A stretch of DNA of 64,000 nucleotides from Ginglymostoma cirratum (GCA_024137785.1 JAHRHZ010000091.1:9558586-9622585); one strand, 5' to 3'. Shown: positions 12,679 to 24,362, counted from the stretch's first letter. A program made the numbers and translations. Notes: generated from the sequence alone by a model not told the origin.

Positions 12679-12716
12679 CTTTGGTATTCCTGAGGTAATT
12701 CAGGAGCACTGAGCAT
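12679..12716 (-). CDS. SOX5: SOX5 (long isoform) first coding exon, 38 nt coding part: MLSAPELPQEYQ(R)
   Basis: Minus strand reads CCAGC-ATGCTCAGTGCTCCTGAATTACCTCAGGAATACCAAAG|GTGAGT, with A at -3 and a consensus donor. The peptide resembles the human L-SOX5 N-terminus MLTDPDLPQEFER (recalled). The phase-2 end AG joins the first G of exon 2 to give Arg, in frame. Confidence 0.93.
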
Positions 12717-13650
12717 GCTGGAAGTAGGACCCTGTCAAAACAATCACCAATTGTTTCAAACTAAATCTGGCGATTTCTGCATACCGCGGAGGCAGCTGCT
12801 CCCTGAAACTTCTGTTGGTAAATAAGAACGACCCAAAACAAAATAATGATAATTTTAAAAAAAACAATAACTAAGCGGGGGAATTTAAACATATGTTAAA
12901 AAAAACAAACAAAACAGAAACAAAAACTGGTCTTGCACAGGAACTTCTATCGCGGAGTTGTAACTGCAACTCAGTCCCCACACATAATCAGACTGCAGCC
13001 ACTCACTCTCCCGTTCGCCACTGTCACCGTGACTGACTCTCTCACTGGATGGCTGCTTGCTCATTGTCCAAAAATGCTTATGTGCCAAGTAACAGAGGAG
13101 CTTTGTGGCACCACACACACACACACATACATACAAAAAAAAGCTCACAGTTGATGGTAAGTTATGGATCCTTTGTGAGCGCTGGGCAAAGAAAACGAGA
13201 GAGCTCGGAATTTGGCAGGACGAATCTAGCACCGCATTCTCTTGCGTTTGGAACCTGCATTCTCCGCAAAAACAATCGGGCATTGTCAAAGGGAAGAAAA
13301 GGCAACTTTGACAGATGAAATACAGCAGAGGCCCCTCCGAGGAAACCTGTAAACAACGTGTCACTCACCCGCTCGGTCTCTGTCTGTTATTGCTCGGTAG
13401 GACCACACTCACCAGAGTGGTGCAAATTTACTGGCAACAATTTTTTAAAGTCATCAAATCAAGTTTAAACCCGACCTCCATGGAAACGTGCGGAGTCCCC
13501 GTGCCAATTTTAACAGTTAACTTTAGCACGAGAGAGAGAGAGAGAAGGCAACAGCAAGAGAGCCCCACTCAACTCTCTTTAATCTCTCCTAAATAGGGCT
13601 GCAACTAGAGAGAATAACAGCAGATCTCCCAGTTTCAACGTGGGGAAGTC
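12717..13650 (-). promoter_or_regulatory. SOX5: SOX5 5' UTR / proximal promoter region with candidate alternative non-coding first exon
   Basis: Immediately 5' of the ATG, CpG-enriched and repeat-free. Contains paired SOX motifs at 12739-12755 and 13271-13287, two GTGAGT donors (13412, 13368) and a (GA)n tract near 13530-13545. TSS not determinable from sequence. Confidence 0.6.
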
Positions 13651-14489
13651 ATAATATCAGGGACTTATCTAGGTACAATCTGACTGGGGACTGAGGTAAT
13701 CAGGTAATGCAGCCTGACGTGAGATGATATACGCACTGAGACAGAAGTGGCCAATATACTTTAGCATCTGGTGAGAAGCGCACACAAGGCTGTACACATA
13801 ACGCACAACACACAGAATCAACTATCCACTCCTACTGGGAGGGTTCACTTAGCACAAAAGCCTACAGTATAGAGCCCGCCCAAAATAAAAGGGCCTTTTA
13901 TTGTTGGAATCTGCAGGTCAGTTGATTAGATTTTTCTGGAGAGAATTCCATGAGGAAATTCCCTTTAAAGCCAAAGTGATTAACTGGGCTATTCTGGGAA
14001 GCCGAGCAGACAATGCCTCAATAGTCTCTGTAGCCCATGTCCATGCTGGCACGGTGCACACTAAAAATAAAACCCAGACTTTTTGCCTTGCAGCTGGACA
14101 ACATTAAGGTTCTTAGTGACCACAGGGCCAACACCGCAGTCAATTGCCCCGGCTCAGTTGTGGCGACCGCCAGACAGCAATCCCAGTTTGCATCTTGGAT
14201 CCGCAGCAGTCCTCACTTGTATACCCTCTGCCCTCATGTTTATCAGGAAAATATTTATTATGCCAAAATCAAAACATTCCTTCCCTTCGCCTGTGCTCCA
14301 TTAAGCCGAAGCAGCTAATACAAAGTGCGTGAGCAAAATCTTTTCCAATTACGCTGAAGGATTCGACAAATATTGACCATCCTTGGTCAATGGGGTTTAC
14401 GGTTGCTGCTGCCAGCGGAGATAAAAGCTTTCATTGTCTAGCGACAATATTCTCTCTGGGGCAACTGCAACGCGAGAAAGTAAATGCTT

Positions 14490-15065
14490 CACACAGCACA
14501 CACACACATGCCCCCATGTATACATATACACATACATGAACTCATATACAGGCACATAAACCTTGTATTCATACACACAAACTTATATATGCACATAAGT
14601 CGTGTACACATATACACACATGAACTCATAAACCGTGTACACAAAAACATACAAATTCATACTTTTGCACGTAAACCATGTATATACACACGCACATGAA
14701 CCATGTACACACATATGAACCTATATTCACGCACATAGACCATGTATATGCATACACACACGAATCCGAATGCACACATAAACCATGTACACATATGAAC
14801 ATACATGAACCCATATACATACATATAAACCATGTACATATTCACACACAAGAACCCATGTATATGCACATAAACCACGCACACGTCCACATACACATAC
14901 ACATACATATGCAAACAAGTATACAAACACACAAAATGCACACCTGTATGTACACACGAGTCTTCCTGCACACAGGCACATAAACATTTCAAAGTAGGCA
15001 GGCATACATACACACTTTCAAGTAACTGCGCACACGTCAATATACTTACAAGTTACCTCACACAT
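14490..15065. repeat. Compound CA/TA-rich micro/minisatellite with recurrent ACATAAACCATGTA motif
   Basis: Alternating purine-pyrimidine sequence; the motif recurs about every 40-60 bp. Confidence 0.9.
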
Positions 15066-16067
15066 GCATCACCCCAGCATTCTTGCATTTAACCTTTTTC
15101 TGTACATATGCATATGACCATTTAAACAGTCCCTCACAAAAAGTATGTATCGATAATCAACAATACAAAAGCTCTGCAAATCTTCTCTTATGCAGGCAGA
15201 ATAATTTCAATGGGCTCCTGGACAGAAAGTGTTTGCAAAGTTAATCTGCCCCCACTGGAACCGGTGAAAGTGATGACAGCACTGAGCTGAAACATTTAAC
15301 GCAGACAAGCCGCTGAAATCTGACTGCAGTGAATGCTACGGCTGAAATTCGGTTTGTCTTTGGGTTCGAACGGGCTGACTCATGTATTGTATTTAAATTC
15401 CATCGAAAAAGGAACAGGAACTGAAGTGTCCCGGATAAATCCTGCCTGGTTCTCTCTGCACTAACGGTAGAGGCGGTATACCTCACCCAGTGCAGGTAGG
15501 AGGAAATGGGCACAATGGTTTCATTGAGCATACCCAGTATTTCCTGTGTGGCGTTGCGTTGGGACTGTCAGAGTAGAGGTAGAAATGACAAGTTAAGTCC
15601 CACTATTTTGGAGGACTATCCAAATTAAAATGATGCACTTCGCGCACAGTGTCAGGGACGGATCCCCATTTCAACAGCGCTGTAGATGTGAACCTGTTCT
15701 CAGTGCTCTGGCAATCTGCTTGAAAGATCCCATTCAAAGTTGGCAAAGCCCCTGCACAAATTGGGAGGCGGGTTCCTCCCGTCCGTCAGGGAAACGGGTA
15801 AGGCTCCCCAGACTGCCTTGTCAAAAGGATACAGCAGTCTGGGTTTCAGACAGGTCGCAGAAGAACCGTTAAGATACTCCAGCGGTTGATTGAAATCAAA
15901 ATTGTGACAGGCAACCCCTCAACTCAAAACAATCAGCCAAGGCCAAAACAAAACAAAAAAAATGAATCAAACAACTCTATGAACTCTATGAGCGAAAGTT
16001 GATCACAGTAATCCCAACTATCAGGATCACAAACTGACCGAACGAAAGTATAACGGGGATGGTGGTT

Positions 16068-16087
16068 GGGGGGGGGGGGGGGGGGGG
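16068..16087 (+). repeat. Poly-G run (G20)
   Basis: Directly visible. Confidence 0.95.
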
Positions 16088-17339
16088 AAACAACTTCATT
16101 CAAAACGGAGGGTCGTTATTTAATAAAGACTGCAAGGTGTTCAAATCCATAGTATATTATTTCATTAAGAGCTTTTCAGGAGAAGGGATTTGGAAGCAAA
16201 ACTCCTGGCTTTGTGTAGCAAGGTCACGACCTTTGACAGTGCTCAAGCGCTCTCCTTTTATCCTTTCTATTCCCTCCAGACCCTAACCTGCAGTGAAATT
16301 GTACCCGCTAAAGCTGGGCAGACAGAATTCCGCATTGTTACAGAGGCCACGTTTTTTTCCCTAAACAAAACAGATTTGAACTGAGCTAAGGAAACAAAAA
16401 TGTATTGTTCTTCACAGATGGAAGCGAGGGTTGCCAAGGTAACCAGATTAATCTCCTTTTTCTATTCCTTCTTCTCTTGTAGTGTGGTAATCTGTGTGTT
16501 CCTTTCAGAAAAAAAAGCGAGGCTCAAAGCCCATGCCCTAACTAGGTTGCTAATTAGCTGCAATTTACAATGAAGACAACATGATGAGATAATAGAAATT
16601 TGCAAAATAATGACATACCTCAGCAAAATATTCCTCCTCCTAAAATCCATTTTTGTACACAAAAAAGTACAATAGAAAGGGCCCTGCTAAAGCAGAGCTT
16701 GCAAATGGTGGTCTATTATGTGACACAGAAGTTTATTGTTCCCTCCTTGTCCCTCCAATCAACAGCCTATTGTTTGGCATCTTAAATAAAATGACTCAAA
16801 TGCAGGACGGCACAATGATCTCCATTCTCCTGATGGAGACAGAGTAGTCAAAACTGTATCAGCACCGAATCCCGGACTCTGCCCCTTGAAGTTAGGCCCG
16901 AAAGGTAATTTACAACGCAAGGAAGGTGGGGAACCGGCTTTGTTTTCCGGACGCTTGTCGCTTTCCACTGAGCAAAGCTTGGAGCACTTAGAAACGAAGG
17001 GCAGCTAAACAAGGACTGCTAATGAAATATGATGTACCGCATTTGTTTTCATCTGCTTAGCGCAAATTAACCAGCCTTCAGAGCGTTAGACAACACTTTT
17101 TCTCCTTTATCACATCAAACAGCACCACTGGGGGATGGTAGGAGAGAGGGAAAAATAAGAGCTGGAGGGAGTGTGTGTGGGGGGAGATCCCGCGATCTTT
17201 AATAAACGACTGAGGCCTCAAAATGTAGTGACCTCTAAAGGCATAAGAGATACAGCGCGGAACTGCACCCCCGCTCAGACCTGCCACTGTTTGGAATTAG
17301 CATGTTCGCTCACAGCCTTCATTTAAAAAGAATAAAAGG

Positions 17340-18400
17340 AGAGAGAGAGAGAGAAAACAATTAAGTGGAACCTTGGACTAATCTCATCCTGCCCATTTAG
17401 CCTTTCCCTCTGTGATGAGCAAGGGAGGCCAATATCAGCATGCTACCATTCTGCTTTAATTAAGAAAGACACAAACAGTGGGGCTGTGAATTAAAGATGT
17501 AACAACGCATTACCCTGATTAATTCGAGCCTCATGTTGGATTAATAACTGTAACAAAGAACAAAAGGAAATTGTTAAGCGAAATTGCAACCTCTCAGGCC
17601 AGGCAAAGGTCAAATCAAAGGATTTGAATTTCATCCGGACTTCACTTAATCAATTCCTTAGCAGGACCATATGTATGTTTTGAAAGCTCCCCATTGTAGC
17701 CGGCTGATCAAACCTGAAAAACTGAGCAGTGTTAATTTCTAACAGATTCTACCTTACTTCAAGTAGAAACTTAATTAGCGGAGATGACTAACGGATAATG
17801 GGAGATATTCCCCGCAGATTTTCAGCTAAAAAATGTTTTTAAATAACGATGTGAACATGATTTCTCTATACAGAATTACTGCTTTCCTCTCAGATTAAAC
17901 TGACAGGGAAACGGGCGTGTTAAAACTCAAGCAGCAAAGTTTTGCTTGTTCCACCAAAAACGCATTGGGATTGGGAAGAGGTGGAGGGTAGGTTAGACAC
18001 CAGGCAGCGCCAAACTTATAAACAGTTATCATCATTGATTGTAGCAGTTCACAGGAGCTCGACTATTCTCCCGCTCGCTCACCTCTCATATCAATGGGTA
18101 ACTTATTACCTTGTGCTAACGTCTGGGTACAGAATGGCATTGCCAATCACTAAAAGCACCAGCAAACCGGTCCCTAACCTTCCCAATAACTCTCTAGCAG
18201 ATTGCACTAGGCAGGGACAGGTCAAAAGGTGGTGCATCACTATTTTATATAGCCGAGCATTGAATCACATTTTAATTTTTAATTTGATCTGTTTCCTGGT
18301 CTCAGGGGATGACATAATTACTATTTAAAATGTAGATTAATTAACAATATCAATCTTCTCTGTGTTTAATGTATCCGCGCTGACTTTTCTTTCTGATAGG
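17340..18400. promoter_or_regulatory. Candidate conserved non-coding enhancer block
   Basis: Repeat-free, with dense TAAT/TTAATTAA, SOX (AACAAAG 17552), AAAGGTCA (17605) and TCF/LEF (ATCAAAG 17614) motifs about 5 kb upstream of the SOX5 ATG. Conservation not tested. Confidence 0.4.
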
Positions 18401-19777
18401 CGCCCTAGCACTGACTAGGAAGATGCTGTGGGAGTAGTCATTGCGGGATAATGTCGCCGGTGAGTTGCAGATTCAGGTTGGAAACGCAGACATACATGCT
18501 TCAAAGTCAATCTTTAAAACAATATCAGGAAAACAAAGACAGATTATTACCTAAAATCTACTCAATTCCTCCTTTATAGACACATCTGGCGACCACGTGT
18601 GGGAAGCGCTAATGAAGAGTTTCCTGACTGAACTGGGTTCCGAGTGATGTTCAGACTCTCACATATAGCCTTAGAAAACAAAAGCTTCCTTTTATTTTTG
18701 TGATACAATTCCAGCATTCCCACCAACTCCTGAAATGCAGCCCCAACATGTTTATTTACTGAACTTGTTGCGGGGGGGGGGGGAGGGGAGTGTGTTGAGG
18801 ACGGGAGGGTCTTCAAGTAATAAAAAAAGACAGAAAGAGATGGGAGCAATGTCTAGCAAAGACAAGAAAGGCAGCTTGCATTATCGTCACTTAGAATGGC
18901 AAAATCTGGTTCCAGAAACAAGTAAATAAACCGGAAGGCTTGACAACCCATGAGTTTAGTGTGCATGCACTTCCACAGTGAATAAACTCAGCAGAGGCTT
19001 GAATAGGTGTCTATCCGTTTGCTGATTGGTATATATGTACCAAGTATTATGAGATACCATCTAATGTTAAGCATGATCAAATTAAGTCACTACAGAATGA
19101 ATAATAGCGCTCCCAACTAAACAAAGAGGTCAAGTTAATTCAAATTTGATGTGATCTAAATTGACTCGGGAAGAATTCAGAATTCTACATCTTACCATTG
19201 CAAATTAAATGTATTCTGTTTCAGATATACTAGGGAAGCAGTCATGATAACAGCTGCACGTTAAAAACATAGGTGTACCTAACTTTGTAGTGAGATACAC
19301 CAGTGTGCTTAGAGCCTCTGTGAAGGTATGAATGTGTTATAAAGTTTCATCACCTGCCAGTCAACTTATTGTTCTTTCAACCACATTTTCTGAAACGACA
19401 TGGGTTTGAACCTCAGGATTTTCAAATCATTAAAGGAGCCATGTGCTATTCAAACCTAAATTGCTTTGTAATTTAGAATGCATCTGAATTAAAAGGCAGT
19501 ATGTGAATAGTCTTTCAAATCAATTACAAAAAAGACTGACTTTCCACACAAAGTCAATTGTATGGGCTTTGCACTTTACAAGAAGTTAGAGTCACTTAAG
19601 AATAATTATACCAACTTGGCACACCAATCATCACCTCATTGGTTTATGGCTACTGCTAACTTTCCTCCTCAGAGAGTAGTAACGCACAAACCACAGTTTG
19701 AATTGCAAATTGCCTTACAATTGAGCTAGAGTGCTACTGTGCATGGCCTTCCAACCTCATTCTGCAGTTAGCATCTT

Positions 19778-20205
19778 GAGTGGTAACATTCTTGCTTCTG
19801 AATCACAAAGCTATGAGTTTAAGTCCCCATACAAAGTGGCTGGAGCATAAAATGTAGGCTAACACATCAGTGCAATATGAAGAGAGCTCCTGCTTTACAG
19901 ATGAAACCTAAAACTGAGACCTTGTTCGCATTCTCAGCTAGATATAAAAGTGTCCAGGACACTCTTTTGAAGAAGAGCCTTTGAGTTCTCCCTATTGTGC
20001 ATTCCAATAGTTATCCATCAACTAACAAGATTAATACAGACTATCTTTTCATTCATCTCACTGAAGTTTTGTGAAAATTGCTATGTGCAAATCAGTTGAT
20101 ATATTTCCTAAATTACAGCATTGAGGGCACTTTGCTGGTTGTATAGGAGTTTTGTGAGAGCCAGTGATGTGACAGTTGTTACATAAATGCAAATCTTCCT
20201 TTCTT
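19778..20205 (+). mobile_element. Deu-domain SINE (SacSINE1-like)
   Basis: GGTAACATTCTTGCTTCTGAATCAC head ... GAAGAAGAG core ... ATAAATGCAAATCTT tail. Confidence 0.75.
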
Positions 20206-20389
20206 TGCTACATCTTCGGACTGGACTGAAATCAGATTTCCAACTGTAAAATGCAGTGACCTACACCACATTGATCTGAATGTGGCTCACACCCAGTGAA
20301 ACCTCCCAACCCCTATCATCCCCAGCCCCACCCCTACGAAATTCACATTCTTGAAGGGACTTTACCCCAATTCCAGATACCTGCCTCAA

Positions 20390-20575
20390 AATTCAAGAGC
20401 CAGCCCAGTGTTCCAGGATAAGGGGCCAACTATTTAGGAACTAAAATGAGGAAACATTGTTCTTCTCATTGGGCAATGAGACTTTGGGATGCTGTGTCCC
20501 AGAGGTTTGTGGAATGTCCATTGCTGAATATATCTAAGGATGGGATAGACAGATTTTATATCTGTCAGGGAAGAG
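20390..20575 (+). mobile_element. CR1 LINE 3' fragment
   Basis: AGGATAAGGGG..TTTAGGAACTAAAATGAGGAAACA..GATAGACAGATTTT resembles the CR1 ORF2 end. Confidence 0.6.
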
Positions 20576-23327
20576 ACAATGTAAACAAGGATCTTGGATT
20601 AGTCTGTTACTGACCAAGCAGATTTAAATACATCTTTTGAGCAATAGTTTAGGACCACAGGCTACCACATCAAGATGTTCAGGAATAACATAGAAGAAGG
20701 TGGGGGCTAAATTATTCTGAAGAGATGATGTTGCCAGTAACATTTTCAGCTTTCATTGTTATTATTGCAAGGTAATTCATCTAATGGTGTGTAATTTTAG
20801 TGCTTCTTATAGCTGCAATTCAAAACAGTCACCCAGGAGCAATGGGACTCCAAGATGAGTGAGAGATTATGAAATGCGATACAAATGTCAGTTTGGTGCC
20901 AATTTTAAATGTGTGCTTGGTCGGGACAAGTTTTTAACAGCAGAATTGCAACAGAACTGGGAAAGTCGCATTACTTTAAGGTTGCATTTTTAATTTGCAA
21001 CAGCTGAAAAATCAGAACAAACCGGAATTCACAGCTGCAGTGTGAATGGGGCTTTGGAGAGACTGCGTCAAACAGTCGGAATCTTTTACCTAAACAGCAA
21101 CTTCGGTGGAAATGTTTTGAATGGATCTTAATGAAAAGTTTGTTTCAGTTAACCCAGACCACATTTGTTTTAGGAAAGAAGTAAGATTGCACAGGCTGGA
21201 ACTTTTAGAATTGAAATGTACAACGGCACTAGTTTTGTAAATTCATGTGTTAACAAGACAAGTTGTGATTGTTCTGCATCTGTAAAGAGTAAGTAATAAT
21301 TTTATTTATTAATAGAGGTAAAAAGTCCAAAGACTAGTCAGACACTACGAGGATATAGTGGAACAGCAAACAAATACCCGGAAACCCCAAATCTGTTGTT
21401 CTTTTGTTTCAATTACCTAATCCCTTCTAATCCTGACATACAAACTATCCTGTGGCATCTAAAAGAACTCAGCCATGTAGCCATACAAGACAAGCTGTCA
21501 TAAAATAATTATACAAACTAAACTTAGTCTCAGATCTACCTGTTCAAGCTGTGATCTGTAAATTCTAATGTTATTCTGTGACAGGGATTACATCGAGCAG
21601 TTGTTTAATCAGCCAATTCTACAAATCTCAGATTATGCTAATCTTGTGTGTTTTGGTCAAATTACAAACATTGGTGGAGATTTTAAGTAAAGGCAAGAAA
21701 AGGAGTCTAGCTCCATCCCTAAGTAAAGGATACTGCATAATGAGAACAAAGGGATAAACTTGATGTCACTTGTCTGAACTGTACAATGCATTGTGTTTAC
21801 ACATGTACGGATGATTTTGAATATAATCATTCATTTTAGTTTTATTTCCTTTGTTTTAACTGAGCATTCATGAAAGGAGTTATTACTAAGATGTCCATTA
21901 TGTCTGGCACTCCATCTGTTACTGGTTTCAAATGCTTTAAGTAAACAATTTGCTTGAAAGCTTACCTTATGAAAGCTGACTCAAGGCACAATGCTGCTAT
22001 TGATTTGGAGAGTACTCAGTTAATTTCTAACAATTACAATTAAGTTTTATGTCAAACAACAGCATACAGAATATCAATAGCTGTTGGACAGCTGACTAAT
22101 GGCTGGAGGACACATGCGGGGTTCCAGTCAAGAGGTACAGAGGTTCAGTGAGGAAGGACAAGAGAACCAATAAACAAAATGGAAACTATAGAAAGAAAGA
22201 TAAATTGTACAAATAGACTAAATGAAGGAGATCAAGCAGCAATTAAAAAGGGAAACATACAATGCAGAATTCAGAAAAAAAAAACTCATTTATGCCACGG
22301 GAGGAAATATCCACTCCATAGCCTGGCATTTGAATGTCAATATGAGTGGGTGGCAAAGAGCACTAACGTCATTGAGTGCAAATGGCATTATTTGAACATG
22401 TACAGTCATAGACCAGGTGATACAATTATGAGAAAAGGCCATAACCTATTTAACTTAACTGTTACTTAGGTCCACATATTGGATTGTGCTTGACTGTAAT
22501 TGGATTCAGCATTACCAGTGGCATTGGACTCAATAACAGTGATGATCACTGTTGTTCACTGATGAACACAGAACCCATGGGAAGACTTGCACAGATTTGT
22601 ATCCCTTGCTCAGACCTGGATAAAGATACATTTGGAGCAGATTGTGTTAACTTACTAGTGACTTGGAGAATTTCCTATCATGGTTTGGTGCTCATAATTG
22701 GAAGGGGGTCCCTCATAGTACATGTATGCCCAGTTTTTATAACAACCAAAGTTGTACATAACTAGATGTCTTCTCAGCCACATTTCAGTCATCACATCTA
22801 GTCTCTCTTTGCCAGGAAAACAATTGGGTAGCACTGCATATTAAATCAATTGGGGAAATATAACTTAATTTTGATTTTTCCACCAAATGGCCAATTATTG
22901 TTCAACCTAAATTTATTAATTAAGGCCTACCTCTTATTTATTCAGCTACTCGACCATGCCTATTTGTCAGCCAAATCAAATTATGTTCTTATTTGACACT
23001 CAACCCTACATATCCAGCACAGAAAGCTGGATTGCAAGGAACTCTGGAACCTTGTGTGGTTTTGATTCCCTGGCCCAAATTGCAATGTCCCCAGTGTCAA
23101 CCTGGTTGAGGTTGATTCTGCAACCTCAGAATGACTAAACTAGGGACTGTCATGCCCATACAGTCCAATGCCATGATATGTTGAATCAACCATTAAGGTG
23201 TCCATTCAACCATTAATCTTGTCCTTGCTGCTCCTAATGTGATCTTCCTTACCATGCAACAAAACGTTTTGGTAGACTTTACACCACTGTGTTAAGGACA
23301 ATCAACCATTCAATAAATCAATTAAGG

Positions 23328-23640
23328 TAATGGCTGTGTCACTGTCTAGTAATTAGGAGGCACAGCCTAATGTTTTTAAAGCATTGGTTCAAATCCCACT
23401 AAAAGCAGCTGGTAGAATTTCAACGATAAGTAGAACATGAAACCTCAGAATGCTTCTTCTGAGAAACAGTCATACTAGACTCGAAACATTAACTCTGTTT
23501 CTCTCTCCACCTATGCTGCCAGAGCTGCTGCATTTTTACAGCACTTTTTGTTCTTATTTCAGCTTTCCAGCGTTCACAGTATTTTAAGGAAGGAAATCTA
23601 CTTTCCTTAGCTGGTCTATTCTGTTTTTGAGTCCATGCCT
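23328..23640 (+). mobile_element. SINE family B interrupted by a Penelope-derived insert
   Basis: Head GGTTCAAATCCCAC at about 23385; body resumes TTTAAGGAAGGAAATCT at about 23583. Confidence 0.6.
23455..23585 (+). mobile_element. Penelope-derived terminal-repeat fragment with degenerate hammerhead-like core
   Basis: TTCTGAGAAACAGTCATACTAGACTCGAAACATTAACTCTG..ATGCTGCCAGAGCTGCTG. Confidence 0.7.
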
Positions 23641-23679
23641 GTCACAATGCGATTGTGACAATGTAAGTTGTAGGTTTTG

Positions 23680-23910
23680 AAGGATCTATCAAAGGAGCCT
23701 TGGTGAATTTCTGCAGTGCACCTGATAGGTGGCAGACACTGCTGCTACTATATATTGGTGGTGGAGGCAGTGAATATTTGTGGACCTAGTGCCAATTCAA
23801 GAGGATTTGCTTTGTCCTGGAAGATGTCAAAATTCTTGAGTGTTGTTGGAGCTGCAGTCATCCAGGCAAGTGGGGTGTATTTTATCATACTCTTCTTGCT
23901 ATCAACATCT
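23680..23910 (-). mobile_element. CR1-clade LINE 3' fragment
   Basis: ORF 23748..23957(-) segment YTPLAWMTAAPTTLKNFDIFQDKA resembles a LINE ORF2 C-terminus. Confidence 0.65.
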
Positions 23911-23914
23911 TCAG

Positions 23915-24362
23915 ATGCATCACAGTGTGGTATGGCAACAGCTCTTCCCAAGACCACAAGAAACTACAGAGAGTTATGAACACAGCCCAGTCCATCACGC
24001 AAACCCACCTTCCATCCACTGACTCCATCTAAACTTCCTGCTGCCTTGGGAAAGTAACCAACATCATCAAAAACCCTTCCCACCCCGGTTATACTCTCTT
24101 CTACCTTCTTCTGTTGGGCAGAAGATATGAAAGTTTGATTACACGTACAGATTCAAGAACAGCTTCCTCCCTGTTGTTATTAGACTTTTGAACGGACCTC
24201 TCAAATGTTAATTCTGATCTCTACAACCTCTGTGGCTGTAACACTGTATTCTGAACTCTGTTATGCTACCCTGATGCACTTTGTATGGTACGGTCTGCCT
24301 GTAGACAAAACAACAACTTTCACTGTATCTCGGTACATGTGACAACAGTAAATCAATCAATT
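23915..24362 (+). mobile_element. Rex1/Babar LINE 3' end
   Basis: Translates as ITVWYGNSSSQDHKKLQRVMNTAQSITQTHLP..IIKNPSHPG; tail ACATGTGACAACAGTAAATCAATCAA. Confidence 0.8.

Noticed and set aside
14484-15040. His-rich or Val/Cys/Tyr-rich ORFs; CRISPR-like periodicity
   Set aside because: Translations of a CA/TA repeat; there is no constant repeat with unique spacers, no cas genes, and the context is eukaryotic.
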